A DNA stretch of 64,000 nt from contig CAZFEF010000001.1 in the NCBI GenBank assembly GCA_964517555.1, positions 56,598 to 120,597 on the forward strand. Reading direction: 5' to 3'. The stretch's first letter is position 1; every line of letters begins with the position of its first letter. Source of the DNA: an uncultured Gammaproteobacteria bacterium. Lineage in GTDB: Bacteria > Patescibacteriota > Patescibacteriia > Patescibacteriales > UBA12465. Under the pieces are notes generated by a model. It had not been told where the DNA came from. It ran no database searches and worked only from the letters and a program-made list of their open reading frames with translations. Positions 19,009-28,662 of this stretch are shown here, one piece after another. Position numbers and translations under genes: made by a program.

Positions 19009-19071
19009 ATAGGGCTTGATTTTGATAAATTATACCTTTATTTTAGCGGTTTTCTTTTCAAAAAGCAAACC

Positions 19072-19100
19072 TTGACACTGTCGGCCCTATCGGGTATTAT
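19072..19100 (+). promoter_or_regulatory. sigma70-like promoter (TTGACA-17-TATTAT) for the secE-nusG-rplK-rplA operon
   Basis: TTGACA at 19072-19077, 17-nt spacer, TATTAT at 19095-19100, immediately upstream of secE. Confidence 0.55.
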
Positions 19101-19115
19101 ATAAGCAGAAAACAA

Positions 19116-19346
19116 ATGGCCGACGGGGCCGTTTTTAAATACTTAAATCAGAGCAATAATATGAGTAAAATTAGTAATTATTTGAAAGAATCAGTAATTG
19201 AAATGAAAAAAGTTACTTGGCCTACCAAGAAACAGACTTATCACTACACTTTGCTGGTCATTGGTATCAGCTTGGCGGTGGCTTTGTTTTTGGGCGCCTT
19301 GGATTTTATTTTTAATGGTATTTTAACCTGGGTTGTTACCCGGTAA
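19116..19346 (+). CDS. secE: preprotein translocase subunit SecE
   Basis: Single C-terminal TM with the conserved KKVTWPTKKQT motif. The classic secE-nusG-rplK-rplA order follows. The true start may be the internal ATG at 19161. Confidence 0.8.
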   Translation: MADGAVFKYLNQSNNMSKISNYLKESVIEMKKVTWPTKKQTYHYTLLVIGISLAVALFLGALDFIFNGILTWVVTR

Positions 19347-19375
19347 TTAATAGTTCTTAATCTAAAGCCAAATTT

Positions 19376-19921
19376 ATGGCCAAACAAACTTTGAATCAAG
19401 GACGTCGTTGGTATGTGCTTCACACCTATTCCGGCTATGAAGAGAATGTAGCTAGGAATTTAAAGCAAAGAGTGGAGACCTTGGATATGGGCAACCAGAT
19501 CTTTAATGTTTTGGTGCCGATTGAAAAGAAAACTAAGATTAAAAATGGTAAACGTAAGTTGGTGGAGGAGAAGATCTTCCCTGGCTATGTTTTGGTGGAA
19601 ATGGAAGTAACTGACGAGTCTTGGTATGTAGTCCGCAATACGCCTAACGTTACCGGCTTTATCGGTGTTGGCTCAGTACCGACCCCGGTTTCCGAGGAAG
19701 AAATAAAATCCCTAAAGAAAAGAATGGGCGAAGAAGATCCGAAATTTAAGATCGATGTCACTGTGGGAGATTTGGTGCGGATTACCGAAGGTCCCTTCAA
19801 GAACCTGGAAGGAAAAGTGGTGGCCGTTGACGAGGCTAAGGGTAAGATCAAGGTCAACGTCTCCATGTTCGGCCGTGAGACTCCGGTAGAATTAGATTTT
19901 TTGCAAATCAAGAAAGTATAA
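19376..19921 (+). CDS. nusG: transcription termination/antitermination factor NusG
   Basis: NGN domain (WYVLHTYSGYEENV) and C-terminal KOW motif (GDLVRITEGPFKNLEGKVV). Confidence 0.9.
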   Translation: MAKQTLNQGRRWYVLHTYSGYEENVARNLKQRVETLDMGNQIFNVLVPIEKKTKIKNGKRKLVEEKIFPGYVLVEMEVTDESWYVVRNTPNVTGFIGVGSVPTPVSEEEIKSLKKRMGEEDPKFKIDVTVGDLVRITEGPFKNLEGKVVAVDEAKGKIKVNVSMFGRETPVELDFLQIKKV

Positions 19922-19984
19922 TTAATCAGTGCTTTCGGCGACGGAAATTATTCCGTCCTTGCTTCTCCGAAAGACAATTATCAT

Positions 19985-20407
19985 ATGGCTAAGAAAATAA
20001 AAACGATTATCAAATTACAGATAGTCGGCGGTCAGGCCAATCCGGCGCCGCCAGTCGGCCCTGCCTTGGGTCAACACGGTTTGAATATCCAAGAATTTTG
20101 TCAAAGATTCAATGAGGCTACCAAAGACAAGATGGGTGATGTCGTACCGGTGGAAATCAGCGTCTATGAAGATCGGAGCTATGATTTCATCACCAAGACT
20201 CCCCCAGCCTCAGAATTGATTAAGAAATATGCTAAGGTGAAGAAGGGTTCTGGCAAACCTTTAACCGAGAAAGTGGGCACTTTAACTAAGGACCAACTTC
20301 GAGAGATTGCCCAGATAAAGATGCCTGACCTAAACGCTAATGACATTGAAGCGGCTATGAAGATTATTGCCGGTACTGCTCGACAGATGGGCGTTGAGAT
20401 TAAATAA
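19985..20407 (+). CDS. rplK: 50S ribosomal protein L11
   Basis: [39 protein letters not shown] is a near-universal L11 N-terminus. Confidence 0.95.
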   Translation: MAKKIKTIIKLQIVGGQANPAPPVGPALGQHGLNIQEFCQRFNEATKDKMGDVVPVEISVYEDRSYDFITKTPPASELIKKYAKVKKGSGKPLTEKVGTLTKDQLREIAQIKMPDLNANDIEAAMKIIAGTARQMGVEIK

Positions 20408-20463
20408 TTAATTGGTTTGTGGGACGGGCGGACTTTTCTGCCCGGATCGCACCACGAAAAAAT

Positions 20464-21144
20464 ATGGCAAAGAAAGAAGTAAAAAAGAAGGAAGTTTTTT
20501 CCTTCGATCAAAGCAAGAGCTATAGCATCGCTGAGGCTATCGATCTAGCTAAACAGGCTAATCGGGCTAAATTTGATGCTTCGGTTGAGGTTCATTTTCG
20601 CTTAGGCATTGATCCTAAAAAAGGTGATCAGCAAGTACGTGGAGCTGTCAGTTTGCCTCACGGTACTGGCAAAACTATTAAAGTAGCGGCTTTTGTTAGT
20701 CCGGCCAAGGAAAAAGAGGTTAAAGCGGCTGGGGCTGATTATGTTGGCGGCGAAGAATTGATCGCTGAAATCAAGAAGACCGAAAAAACCGATTTTCAAG
20801 TAGCGGTGGCTGAGCCGGATATGATGAAAAGCCTAGCTCAGATCGCTAAAATCTTGGGTACTAGAGGTTTAATGCCCTCTCCTAAGAATGATACTGTCTC
20901 CCCTAACCCGGCTAAAGCCGTAGAGGAATTAAAAAAAGGCAAGATCAGTTTTAAAAACGACGATACCAGTAATGTTCATATGGTAATTGGTAAGATCAGT
21001 TTTGACAATCAGAAGTTAGTTGATAACTTCAATGTTATTCTCGAAACTGTTCGTCGGGGCAAGCCCAGTTCTTCTAAGGGTGTTTTTATCAAGAATGTCA
21101 GTCTGAGCTCTTCTATGGGCCCTGGAATCAAAATCGCCATTTAA
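20464..21144 (+). CDS. rplA: 50S ribosomal protein L1
   Basis: L1 family motifs (FDASVEVHFRLGIDPKKGDQQVRGAVSLPHGTGK). An ATG at 20464 gives the typical MAKKE start. The ORF-track GTG start at 20419 would include the leader hairpin. Confidence 0.9.
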   Translation: MAKKEVKKKEVFSFDQSKSYSIAEAIDLAKQANRAKFDASVEVHFRLGIDPKKGDQQVRGAVSLPHGTGKTIKVAAFVSPAKEKEVKAAGADYVGGEELIAEIKKTEKTDFQVAVAEPDMMKSLAQIAKILGTRGLMPSPKNDTVSPNPAKAVEELKKGKISFKNDDTSNVHMVIGKISFDNQKLVDNFNVILETVRRGKPSSSKGVFIKNVSLSSSMGPGIKIAI

Positions 21145-21155
21145 GTTTATTATAC

Positions 21156-21188
21156 AAAAGAGAGCCCTAATTAGGGCTCTCTTTTGGT
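21156..21188. terminator. bidirectional rho-independent terminator (rplA / uppP convergent)
   Basis: AAGAGAGCCC-taatta-GGGCTCTCTT flanked by an A-run and a T-run. Confidence 0.65.
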
Positions 21189-21196
21189 TTAAGAGA

Positions 21197-21973
21197 TTAT
21201 AGCAACCACCAAAGAAATAACAGACCGATAACTAAACGATATAATCCGAAAGGCTGGAAATTATATTTTTGAATGTATTTTATAAACGACCTGACCGCCA
21301 ACCAGGCGACCACTAAGGCGGTTAAAAAACCAATCGCTAGGAGTTGAAACTCTGGTCCGGACAGAGATAGGCCGCTACGGAATAAATCATAGCCGCTAGC
21401 CGCTACCATGGTCGGTACGGCCAAGAGAAAGGAAAACTCCACTATCGCCCGACGACTAATGCCTAGGGCCAAGCCACCGATAATCGTGGCCGCTGCTCGA
21501 GATACCCCGGGGACAACGGCTAGCGATTGGCATAGGCCGATTATCAGACATTGGACATAGCTGATGTCTTCAATGCCGCCGCTGGATGATTTATTCGATT
21601 CTTTTTTCTTTTGGAAATATTCAAAGATGATCAAAATCAAACCGCCGATAATTAGAGACCAGACGATGATTAATCTATTCTCGAAAAACACATCCTTGAT
21701 TATCTGATACATTCCATAACCCACAATTGCCGTAGGCAAGAAGGCGATGGCTAATTTTTTGATGTTTTTCCAGATAAATATCTTGCGAATATACAAACCG
21801 AAAACCGCCAAGATTGCCCCTAGCTGGATAACTATTTCGAATGTTTTGGTAAAGTTAGAGCTGGGGATTTTTAAAAGATCGCCCACTAAAATCAAATGGG
21901 CGGTCGAAGAAATTGGCAGGAATTCAGTCAGCCCCTCAACTATTCCTAAAATTATCGCCTGGAAAGCATTCAT
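21197..21973 (-). CDS. uppP: undecaprenyl-diphosphate phosphatase
   Basis: BacA/UppP N-terminus (ILGIVEGLTEFLPISSTAHLIL) and multi-TM architecture. Confidence 0.85.
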   Translation of the reverse strand: MNAFQAIILGIVEGLTEFLPISSTAHLILVGDLLKIPSSNFTKTFEIVIQLGAILAVFGLYIRKIFIWKNIKKLAIAFLPTAIVGYGMYQIIKDVFFENRLIIVWSLIIGGLILIIFEYFQKKKESNKSSSGGIEDISYVQCLIIGLCQSLAVVPGVSRAAATIIGGLALGISRRAIVEFSFLLAVPTMVAASGYDLFRSGLSLSGPEFQLLAIGFLTALVVAWLAVRSFIKYIQKYNFQPFGLYRLVIGLLFLWWLL

Positions 21974-21977
21974 AGTT

Positions 21978-22310
21978 TTATTTTACTAAATATTGAGCCA
22001 TGGTTTCTACTACCTTGGCATCATGTTTTTTGATGTTATTAAACATAACTGTGGCATCTTGGCCGCAACCAGTTAGGATGGCATCTCCTGCTGGGTGTTG
22101 AGGAATGTAATCGGTAAAGTTATAAACTTGGCCAGCAATAGTCATCCAGCAATCGGCGGCGGTTTTGTGTTGGCTAACTTGAGAGATCAGGTCGCCAGCC
22201 TTGTTGGTGTTGTCGGCGGTGCTGGTTTGGTTTTGAGTGTTAGTTTGACCGCAAGCGCTTAAGCTGAAAAGCAAAGCTCCGGCCAATGTGAGTAAGGCTA
22301 TTTTTTTCAT
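21978..22310 (-). CDS. cytochrome b5-like heme-binding domain lipoprotein
   Basis: Lipoprotein signal (LFSLSAC), then HKTAADCWMTIAGQVYNFTDYIPQHPAGDAILTGCGQDATVMF, which matches the cyt-b5 heme-binding signature (HPGG-like HPAGD). Confidence 0.65.
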   Translation of the reverse strand: MKKIALLTLAGALLFSLSACGQTNTQNQTSTADNTNKAGDLISQVSQHKTAADCWMTIAGQVYNFTDYIPQHPAGDAILTGCGQDATVMFNNIKKHDAKVVETMAQYLVK

Positions 22311-22371
22311 AGATTTGTATTATTTTTTAACGATTTTATTATATCATCTTCCGTTTTTTCTGGCTAGAAAT

Positions 22372-22406
22372 TAAAAAATCCTCGGTGGTTCTGAGGATTT
22401 TTTTGG
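22372..22406. terminator. rho-independent terminator
   Basis: AAATCCTC-ggtggttct-GAGGATTT followed by a T-run, downstream of the minus-strand gene ending at 22409. Confidence 0.55.
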
Positions 22407-22408
22407 AG

Positions 22409-22909
22409 TCAAGCTCCGTTGGTTATGACCCGAGTCAGGCTGGCGATCTTTATCACCTGCTGAGCAATGTCAAACTTTTCCAGGAAGATGATTTCCTTTA
22501 AAGGATTTTTCCAAGAGAAATCAGTCAGGGCTTTTTCACTGCTCAAGGCGCAAAGCCATTTGTTTGGCGTCGGAATATCATCCAGCTTTTCGAGCACCCC
22601 GGGGCGTTCAAAATTGTTAGCCACCAAGATGATCGGCTGATTCGGCAACGGCAGGATGTCTGGTTGCTGGCTGGTAAGATATTCCGGATTCAGAGACATG
22701 AGCGACAAGATAGCTGTCGCCTTCTTGGCTTCATCCTGGTGTAGTCTGTACGCCATTTTCGGCGGGAAGCCGGTTCCGGATAAATAGAATACACGGAACA
22801 CCCGCAATTCCACTAAGTTCAAAAACAGTTTCCTGGCCAAGGTTTCAGGGTATTTGAGATCGGCCATCTTGCCGGAGATCGGGACGGCTAAAAAAACATC
22901 GCTTTTCAT
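22409..22909 (-). CDS. hypothetical protein (166 aa)
   Basis: ORF only. Confidence 0.4.
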   Translation of the reverse strand: MKSDVFLAVPISGKMADLKYPETLARKLFLNLVELRVFRVFYLSGTGFPPKMAYRLHQDEAKKATAILSLMSLNPEYLTSQQPDILPLPNQPIILVANNFERPGVLEKLDDIPTPNKWLCALSSEKALTDFSWKNPLKEIIFLEKFDIAQQVIKIASLTRVITNGA

Positions 22910-22952
22910 GGTTCTTAGTTTTAAAACAACAATATTTTAGTTTAGTATTCGC

Positions 22953-23630
22953 TTAGATTTTTGTCAATTTGTTCCTGGCGAGAATAAAGCCCAGATTCTT
23001 GTCAAAACGTGAAGGGAATATTTGTACGCTAAACCCCAATGTCCGCAATTTCTCTTCTAGTTCTTGGTAGTGGCGGTCAGGTATTTGGTGATATTCCAAC
23101 ACTATGTTTCTAACCTTAGCCAGATCAATCTTTCGCCAATTATCCAATAGTTCATATTCCCCACCCTCAATATCCATTTTTAGCACATCAATCTCCCCTG
23201 TCTTTTCAATTAAACTAGAAAGCGAGATAGCTGATATTTTTATTGTCTCCGCCGAATCAGAAAACAAAAGTGAATGGTTAATAGAATCAGGGGCGATAAA
23301 CAGTTCTCTGGGGCCGTCATCTCGATCTAGGGCTTGAGCCAAAATTTTTATCCCCGGAAAATTATTCATCTTAATAGTTTCCTTTAACTTAGAAAAATTA
23401 TCCGGTTCCGGTTCCAACGCATAGACCTTTGCCAAAGGGTTTAACAATGAAACATAGGTGCTAAACACGCCCAGATGAGCGCCAACGTCAACTATGGTTT
23501 TGGCCTTAGCAATTAATTCTTCGGCTGCTCGATATTCTCGCCAAAAGAAAATCTCGCGGATAACGCTTTTATCCGCTTCATCCCTATCGGGAAATCTTAT
23601 TTCCTTATGGAGGAATTTTACTGTAGTCAT
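22953..23630 (-). CDS. FkbM-family SAM-dependent methyltransferase
   Basis: VDVGAHLGVFSTY…ALEPEPDNF motif I region typical of the FkbM family. Confidence 0.7.
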   Translation of the reverse strand: MTTVKFLHKEIRFPDRDEADKSVIREIFFWREYRAAEELIAKAKTIVDVGAHLGVFSTYVSLLNPLAKVYALEPEPDNFSKLKETIKMNNFPGIKILAQALDRDDGPRELFIAPDSINHSLLFSDSAETIKISAISLSSLIEKTGEIDVLKMDIEGGEYELLDNWRKIDLAKVRNIVLEYHQIPDRHYQELEEKLRTLGFSVQIFPSRFDKNLGFILARNKLTKI

Positions 23631-23727
23631 ATGGTTTTATTGTATCATAATGATTAATATGGGGCCAAATCTGTAAAAACAAAAAAGCGGACCCCGCCAG
23701 GTTCGCTTTTAAATTTGACTATTATGA

Positions 23728-24495
23728 TTATCTTAGAGTCCAACCACCATCAATGGTGATAATTTGCCCAGTAACATAACTGGCTTTATCTGAGGCTAAA
23801 TATAATACTCCTTGGGCAATGTCATCGGCTGAACCCATACGTCCCAAAGGAATAGCGGCTACGGTTTGTTTCTTGGCATCATCATTTAATCCCTGACTGG
23901 CACCGGGAGTTTCAGTGGCTCCAGGAGCGATAGCGTTAACCGTTATCTGTTGAGGGGCTAGCTCTAAAGCCAAGGCTCTAGTGAAACTATTAATCCCACC
24001 CTTAGAAGTGCAATAGTGGACTAGACCGGAGAAAGCCACGGAGCCGGCAATGGAGGAGATATTGATGATCCTAGCGCCGGGCTTCATGATTTTAATAGCG
24101 GCCTGCGAAGTGAAAAAGACACTCTTTAAATTGACGTTGATTACTTTGTCCCAATCAGCTTCGCTCATATTAACAAAAGGCACAAAAGGAAAGATTCCAG
24201 CGTTGTTGACTAAAATATCTAAGCCACCGAACTTAGCGACGGTTTGTTCAATCAAGGCTTCAACCTCCGTTTTCTGAGAGACATCGCACTTTACCGCCAA
24301 GGCCTTGCCGCCCAATCCTTCAATCTCGGTCACTACTTTTTGGCAATCTTCTAGGTTTAAATCACTGATTACTACCCGAGCTCCTTCCTTAGCTAGGGCC
24401 AAAGTAATAGCCTTCCCTATTCCCTGACGAGCGCCGGTAATCAGCGCTATTTTATTTTCCAATAACATAATTTTATTGATTAATTGTAATATCAA
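23728..24495 (-). CDS. SDR-family oxidoreductase (3-oxoacyl-ACP reductase-like)
   Basis: TGARQGIGKA Rossmann motif, NNAG, and catalytic YxxxK (YCTSK). Confidence 0.8.
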   Translation of the reverse strand: MILQLINKIMLLENKIALITGARQGIGKAITLALAKEGARVVISDLNLEDCQKVVTEIEGLGGKALAVKCDVSQKTEVEALIEQTVAKFGGLDILVNNAGIFPFVPFVNMSEADWDKVINVNLKSVFFTSQAAIKIMKPGARIINISSIAGSVAFSGLVHYCTSKGGINSFTRALALELAPQQITVNAIAPGATETPGASQGLNDDAKKQTVAAIPLGRMGSADDIAQGVLYLASDKASYVTGQIITIDGGWTLR

Positions 24496-24549
24496 GGCCT
24501 CGTTATTTTAACAAATTATAGGCTAAATAACAAATCAAAAAGCCCCCGT

Positions 24550-25362
24550 TTATTCCGGCGGCTTTTGACGATTTTTTTGAGCTTCAGATAGCAATTCTTC
24601 GTTGGTATACTTCTGTCTTTCAATGGCGGTAAATTCATCTATCAAATTCCCTCCTCCGGCTGGACGAATCATTCGTACCCAGCCAAAGCTTTTACTCAAC
24701 CCCCTCTGATGGTCAAATGGGTTTTCGCGGGTATATTGAATGATGGAACAATTCGGTACCCTACCCCAGTCTGCTGGCGTGGTTAAGAAGTCGTTGGTTT
24801 TTTGCAAAGACATTCTTTCCAGGATGATGCAGAAACTGCGCATGACGTGACCGTGACAGACTATAATTACATTTTGGCCATCACATTCTCGGGCTAAAGT
24901 ATCTAAAACGATCTTAATCCTTTGGCAGACATCAGCAATGCTCTCTCCTTGGGGCGGCCGGAATAGAAATGGTTGGGAGTTATAGAATTTCTGCTGATCA
25001 CTATAATCCCTATCCCGTTTGCTCGGGGGAATAACGTTGAATAAGCCACCATCGCGTTCCCGCAGATTGAAGTCGATCATCCATTGGGCCTCAGGCAGAT
25101 TCAGGTAAGCCGCAGTTTGCATAGCTCTGACATTATTTGAAACTAGCATCCGATCAAAGCGAATCAATTGATTATCCCTAAACCAGTTGCCAGCCTTTTT
25201 GGCTTGTTCTACCCCTAATGGGGTCATCTCATATTGGGATTCATGTAAACCGAGAAATTCATCAGAAAAGAATGACTCATCGGCGGTTTCTTCGTATTTT
25301 TTTCTAACTAAATTTCCCTCAGACTGTCCGTGTCTGGTCAGGAATAAATTTTTGGGCATGGC
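24550..25362 (-). CDS. histidine phosphatase (phosphoglycerate-mutase-like) family protein
   Basis: LFLTRHGQSEGN catalytic RHG motif. The likely start is MAMPKN at 25362 rather than the ORF-track start at 25422. Confidence 0.7.
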   Translation of the reverse strand, partial: AMPKNLFLTRHGQSEGNLVRKKYEETADESFFSDEFLGLHESQYEMTPLGVEQAKKAGNWFRDNQLIRFDRMLVSNNVRAMQTAAYLNLPEAQWMIDFNLRERDGGLFNVIPPSKRDRDYSDQQKFYNSQPFLFRPPQGESIADVCQRIKIVLDTLARECDGQNVIIVCHGHVMRSFCIILERMSLQKTNDFLTTPADWGRVPNCSIIQYTRENPFDHQRGLSKSFGWVRMIRPAGGGNLIDEFTAIERQKYTNEELLSEAQKNRQKPPE

Positions 25363-25462
25363 CATAATATAGATGTTTTTGGTGAATTTAAAGGTACTTG
25401 AGAATAGAAAAATATAACACAACTACTTTTGTTTGTAAACTAGTTTTTGCACACTAAATCGT

Positions 25463-25491
25463 TTGACAAGCGATTTTTTTGGTAGTAATCT
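25463..25491 (+). promoter_or_regulatory. sigma70-like promoter (TTGACA-17-TAATCT) upstream of the H+-PPase gene
   Basis: TTGACA at 25463-25468, 17-nt spacer, TAATCT. Confidence 0.4.
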
Positions 25492-25540
25492 GGACTACTG
25501 TCCTTTAAAAAACACATGTTTAACCAAATAAATAAGAAAG

Positions 25541-27937
25541 ATGAAGAAAAAAGTTTTGTTTTTGGCGGTATCAATTCTGATGCCGATGTTATCAATGGCT
25601 TCGGAGGCGGATTTGAAGATGCCGGCGGCCATCAAAGAGCAGGGGTTGCTTTACCTGGGGTTTGTTATTTGCGCCTTGGGGTTACTTTTTGGCTGGTATC
25701 AATTCCGGCGATTGAAGCTTCTGCCGGCTCATCGTTCCATGCTGGACGTAGCCGAGGTTATCTACAAGACCTGCAAAGCCTATTTATGGCAGCAGGGTAA
25801 GTTTCTGATCAGGTTGTTTCTGTTTATTGGCACGGTCATTGCGGTCTATTTCGGTTTTCTGACTGAGGTGTCGGCTGGGTTCGGTGGAGTTCTGTTAATT
25901 CTACTTTGGACTATCATCGGTATTCTGGGATCATATGGAGTGGCGGCTTTTGGCATTCGAACTAATACCCTGGCCAATAGTCGCATGGCTTTCGCCTCTC
26001 TCAAGAGGCGGCCCTTTGAACTCCTGAAAATTCCTTTAAATGCCGGCATGAGCATCGGCGTGATTTTGATCTGCGTTGAACTAATTATGATGCTCATTAT
26101 CCTCTTGCTTATGCCCGGACATTTGGCTGGAGCCTGCTTTATCGGCTTCGCCATTGGTGAATCGCTTGGAGCTTCGGCTTTGAGAATCGCTGGCGGTATT
26201 TTCACGAAGATCGCCGACATCGGTTCCGACTTGATGAAAGTGATATTTAAGATCGGAGAGGATGATCCCCGTAATCCGGGAGTGATCGCCGACTGTGCCG
26301 GGGATAATGCCGGTGACAGTGTCGGGCCGACCGCTGATGGTTTCGAAACCTATGGGGTTACTGGCGTAGCCTTAATCTCTTTCATCCTCTTGGCCGTTAC
26401 TGGTGGCGAAGCTGTCCAGACCAATCTTTTGGTTTGGATTTTCGCTATGAGGATCTTGATGATCGTGACTTCGCTGGCAGCTTTCTGGATCAATGGTGCC
26501 ATTAGTCGTCGCCGATATGCCAAGAAGGACGAGATTGATTTTGAGAAACCGTTGACCAGTTTGGTATGGATCACTTCCCTGCTATCTATTGCAGTTACTT
26601 TCGGCATCAGCTATTTGTTGATACCGGAAATTGCCGGCAACACTTACGCCTGGTTAGTGCTTTCGATAATCATCAGTTGTGGCACTCTGGGTGCCGCCTT
26701 GATTCCGGAAGTTACTAAGATCTTTACCAGTCCTAAGTCTGGCCACGTCCAGGAAGTAGTTAAGTCCGGCAAGGAAGGTGGATCATCGCTGGTGATCCTG
26801 TCCGGTTTTGTGGCCGGCAACTTCAGCGCCTTCTGGCAAGGATTGATCTTTTTGCTTCTGATGTTTATCGCCTATGTCGCCAGCAGTTTTGGATTGTCCG
26901 AATTCATGATCTACCCATCAATTTTTGCTTTTGGCCTGGTGGCCTTTGGTATGTTGGGAATGGGTCCGGTGACTATTGCGGTGGACAGCTACGGGCCGGT
27001 AACGGATAATGCACAGTCGATCTATGAGTTGTCTCTCATTGAAACCATACCTGGGATTGATCAGGAAATAAAAAGCGATTTCGGTTTTGCTCCTGACTGG
27101 GAAAAATCCAAAGAGTATCTGGAGGCTAACGACGGAGCTGGAAATACCTTTAAGGCCACAGCCAAGCCGGTATTAATCGGCACGGCAGTAGTTGGGGCCA
27201 CTACCATGATTTTTTCTCTGATCTTGATCGTTAAAAATGTCATGGGGGTCGCTCCGGAGACAATACTGAATATCCTAAACCCCTACAGCATTATGGGATT
27301 GCTCGCGGCCGGCATGGTTATCTACTGGTTCACTGGCTCCACCACTCAAGCTGTTTCTACCGGCGCCTATCGGGCAGTCAAATACATCAAGGAAAATATC
27401 AACTTGGATATGAACGCTCCTAAGGTGGCTGATGCCAAAAAATCAGTTGAGGTGGTGCAAATTTGTACCAAGTATGCCCAGAAAGGGATGTTCAATATCT
27501 TCATCGGCGTTTTCTTCTTTGCCCTGGCTTTTGCCTGTTTCTCCAGTCCGAGTAATATCGGCGGCACTAACGCCATTTCTTTCTTTATCTACTACCTCAT
27601 CGGCATCGCGGTCTTCGGACTCTTCCAGGCCATATTCATGGCCAACGCCGGCGGCTGTTGGGACAATGCCAAGAAGGTGGTGGAGGTGGATCTCAAACAG
27701 AAAGGCACTCCGTTGCATGACGCTTGCGTAGTGGGTGATACCGTCGGGGATCCTTTCAAGGACACCTCATCGGTGGCCCTGAACCCGGTGATTAAATTTA
27801 CCACCTTGTTCGGGCTGTTGGCTATGGAAATTGCCATCAGTGACAGCTTCAGCACTATTGCTCCTTTCGTCGGCTTGGTCTTCTTGGGCGTTGCTTTGTT
27901 TTTCGCCCGGAGATCATTCTATGGAATGAGGATCTAA
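25541..27937 (+). CDS. hppA: membrane-bound ion-translocating pyrophosphatase (H+/Na+-PPase)
   Basis: Conserved motifs GGIFTKIADIGSDL, DCAGDNAGDSVGPTADGFETYG and VGDTVGDPFKDTS. About 16 TM helices. Confidence 0.9.
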   Translation: MKKKVLFLAVSILMPMLSMASEADLKMPAAIKEQGLLYLGFVICALGLLFGWYQFRRLKLLPAHRSMLDVAEVIYKTCKAYLWQQGKFLIRLFLFIGTVIAVYFGFLTEVSAGFGGVLLILLWTIIGILGSYGVAAFGIRTNTLANSRMAFASLKRRPFELLKIPLNAGMSIGVILICVELIMMLIILLLMPGHLAGACFIGFAIGESLGASALRIAGGIFTKIADIGSDLMKVIFKIGEDDPRNPGVIADCAGDNAGDSVGPTADGFETYGVTGVALISFILLAVTGGEAVQTNLLVWIFAMRILMIVTSLAAFWINGAISRRRYAKKDEIDFEKPLTSLVWITSLLSIAVTFGISYLLIPEIAGNTYAWLVLSIIISCGTLGAALIPEVTKIFTSPKSGHVQEVVKSGKEGGSSLVILSGFVAGNFSAFWQGLIFLLLMFIAYVASSFGLSEFMIYPSIFAFGLVAFGMLGMGPVTIAVDSYGPVTDNAQSIYELSLIETIPGIDQEIKSDFGFAPDWEKSKEYLEANDGAGNTFKATAKPVLIGTAVVGATTMIFSLILIVKNVMGVAPETILNILNPYSIMGLLAAGMVIYWFTGSTTQAVSTGAYRAVKYIKENINLDMNAPKVADAKKSVEVVQICTKYAQKGMFNIFIGVFFFALAFACFSSPSNIGGTNAISFFIYYLIGIAVFGLFQAIFMANAGGCWDNAKKVVEVDLKQKGTPLHDACVVGDTVGDPFKDTSSVALNPVIKFTTLFGLLAMEIAISDSFSTIAPFVGLVFLGVALFFARRSFYGMRI

Positions 27938-27952
27938 AAAATATGACCAATC

Positions 27953-27980
27953 AAAAAGAGGAATCACTTCCTCTTTTTTA
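27953..27980. terminator. bidirectional rho-independent terminator
   Basis: AAAGAGGAA-tcac-TTCCTCTTT followed by TTT. Sits between convergent genes. Confidence 0.65.
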
Positions 27981-27984
27981 ATAT

Positions 27985-28557
27985 CTAATACTGCTTTTTG
28001 GCAATTACTTTTTCCGGCTCCTCCTGACCTAAACCATTAATTGATTCGGAGACATCGAATAATATCACTAAAGCCTTAGTTTTAATGTTTAGATACCTCA
28101 TCACTGGATGAAAGAGATATCTCGGTTTAACTGGATTGGCGAGTTGGTAGGCGATGATTTGCTTAACTCGCTTGAGGTCATTATCCAAAACTAAAACATA
28201 CAACTTCTTGTCCTTAACGTAACGAATAATAATTCGGTATGCTGGATTCCCTAGGCAGGAATCTGAACTTAGCCGAACCATTTCCAGTGATAAGGATTGG
28301 TTGATGTTCCAGGTCTGGCGGTGGTAGAATTTCGTGACTCCGCAGGAATCAACCCTGTCCGGGCTGGTTTTGGCAATAGCCTGCAATACCTCTTGATTCT
28401 CTGGGCTAAGATAGAGAAAGACCTCTATATGTCCCCGGCTACACTTTTCTTGGCTCCAGCGCAGTCCGTTGTCATTAGGGGCTTTCTGGGGCTCTGGTTG
28501 GCCGTATAAGGCCGGTATAAGCCCAAACATGACGATTGATACTATCAACTTCTTCAT
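27985..28557 (-). CDS. hypothetical secreted protein (190 aa)
   Basis: N-terminal signal peptide (MKKLIVSIVMFGLIPALYGQ). No other motif. Confidence 0.45.
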   Translation of the reverse strand: MKKLIVSIVMFGLIPALYGQPEPQKAPNDNGLRWSQEKCSRGHIEVFLYLSPENQEVLQAIAKTSPDRVDSCGVTKFYHRQTWNINQSLSLEMVRLSSDSCLGNPAYRIIIRYVKDKKLYVLVLDNDLKRVKQIIAYQLANPVKPRYLFHPVMRYLNIKTKALVILFDVSESINGLGQEEPEKVIAKKQY

Positions 28558-28615
28558 CAGTCAGATTTTTAATGTTCCTGCTATTTAATCATTATTTGTT
28601 AATATTGTCAATACT

Positions 28616-28644
28616 AAAAACAAGCGGATAGCCGCTTGTTTTTA
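28616..28644. terminator. rho-independent terminator
   Basis: A-run, CAAGCGG-atag-CCGCTTG, T-run. Confidence 0.6.
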
Positions 28645-28662
28645 AGGTGAAAATTATAAGAG

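Noticed and set aside
25846-27855. Multiple antisense ORFs (60-124 aa) within the H+-PPase gene
   Set aside because: They are fully contained in, and antisense to or out of frame with, an unambiguous 798-aa conserved gene.
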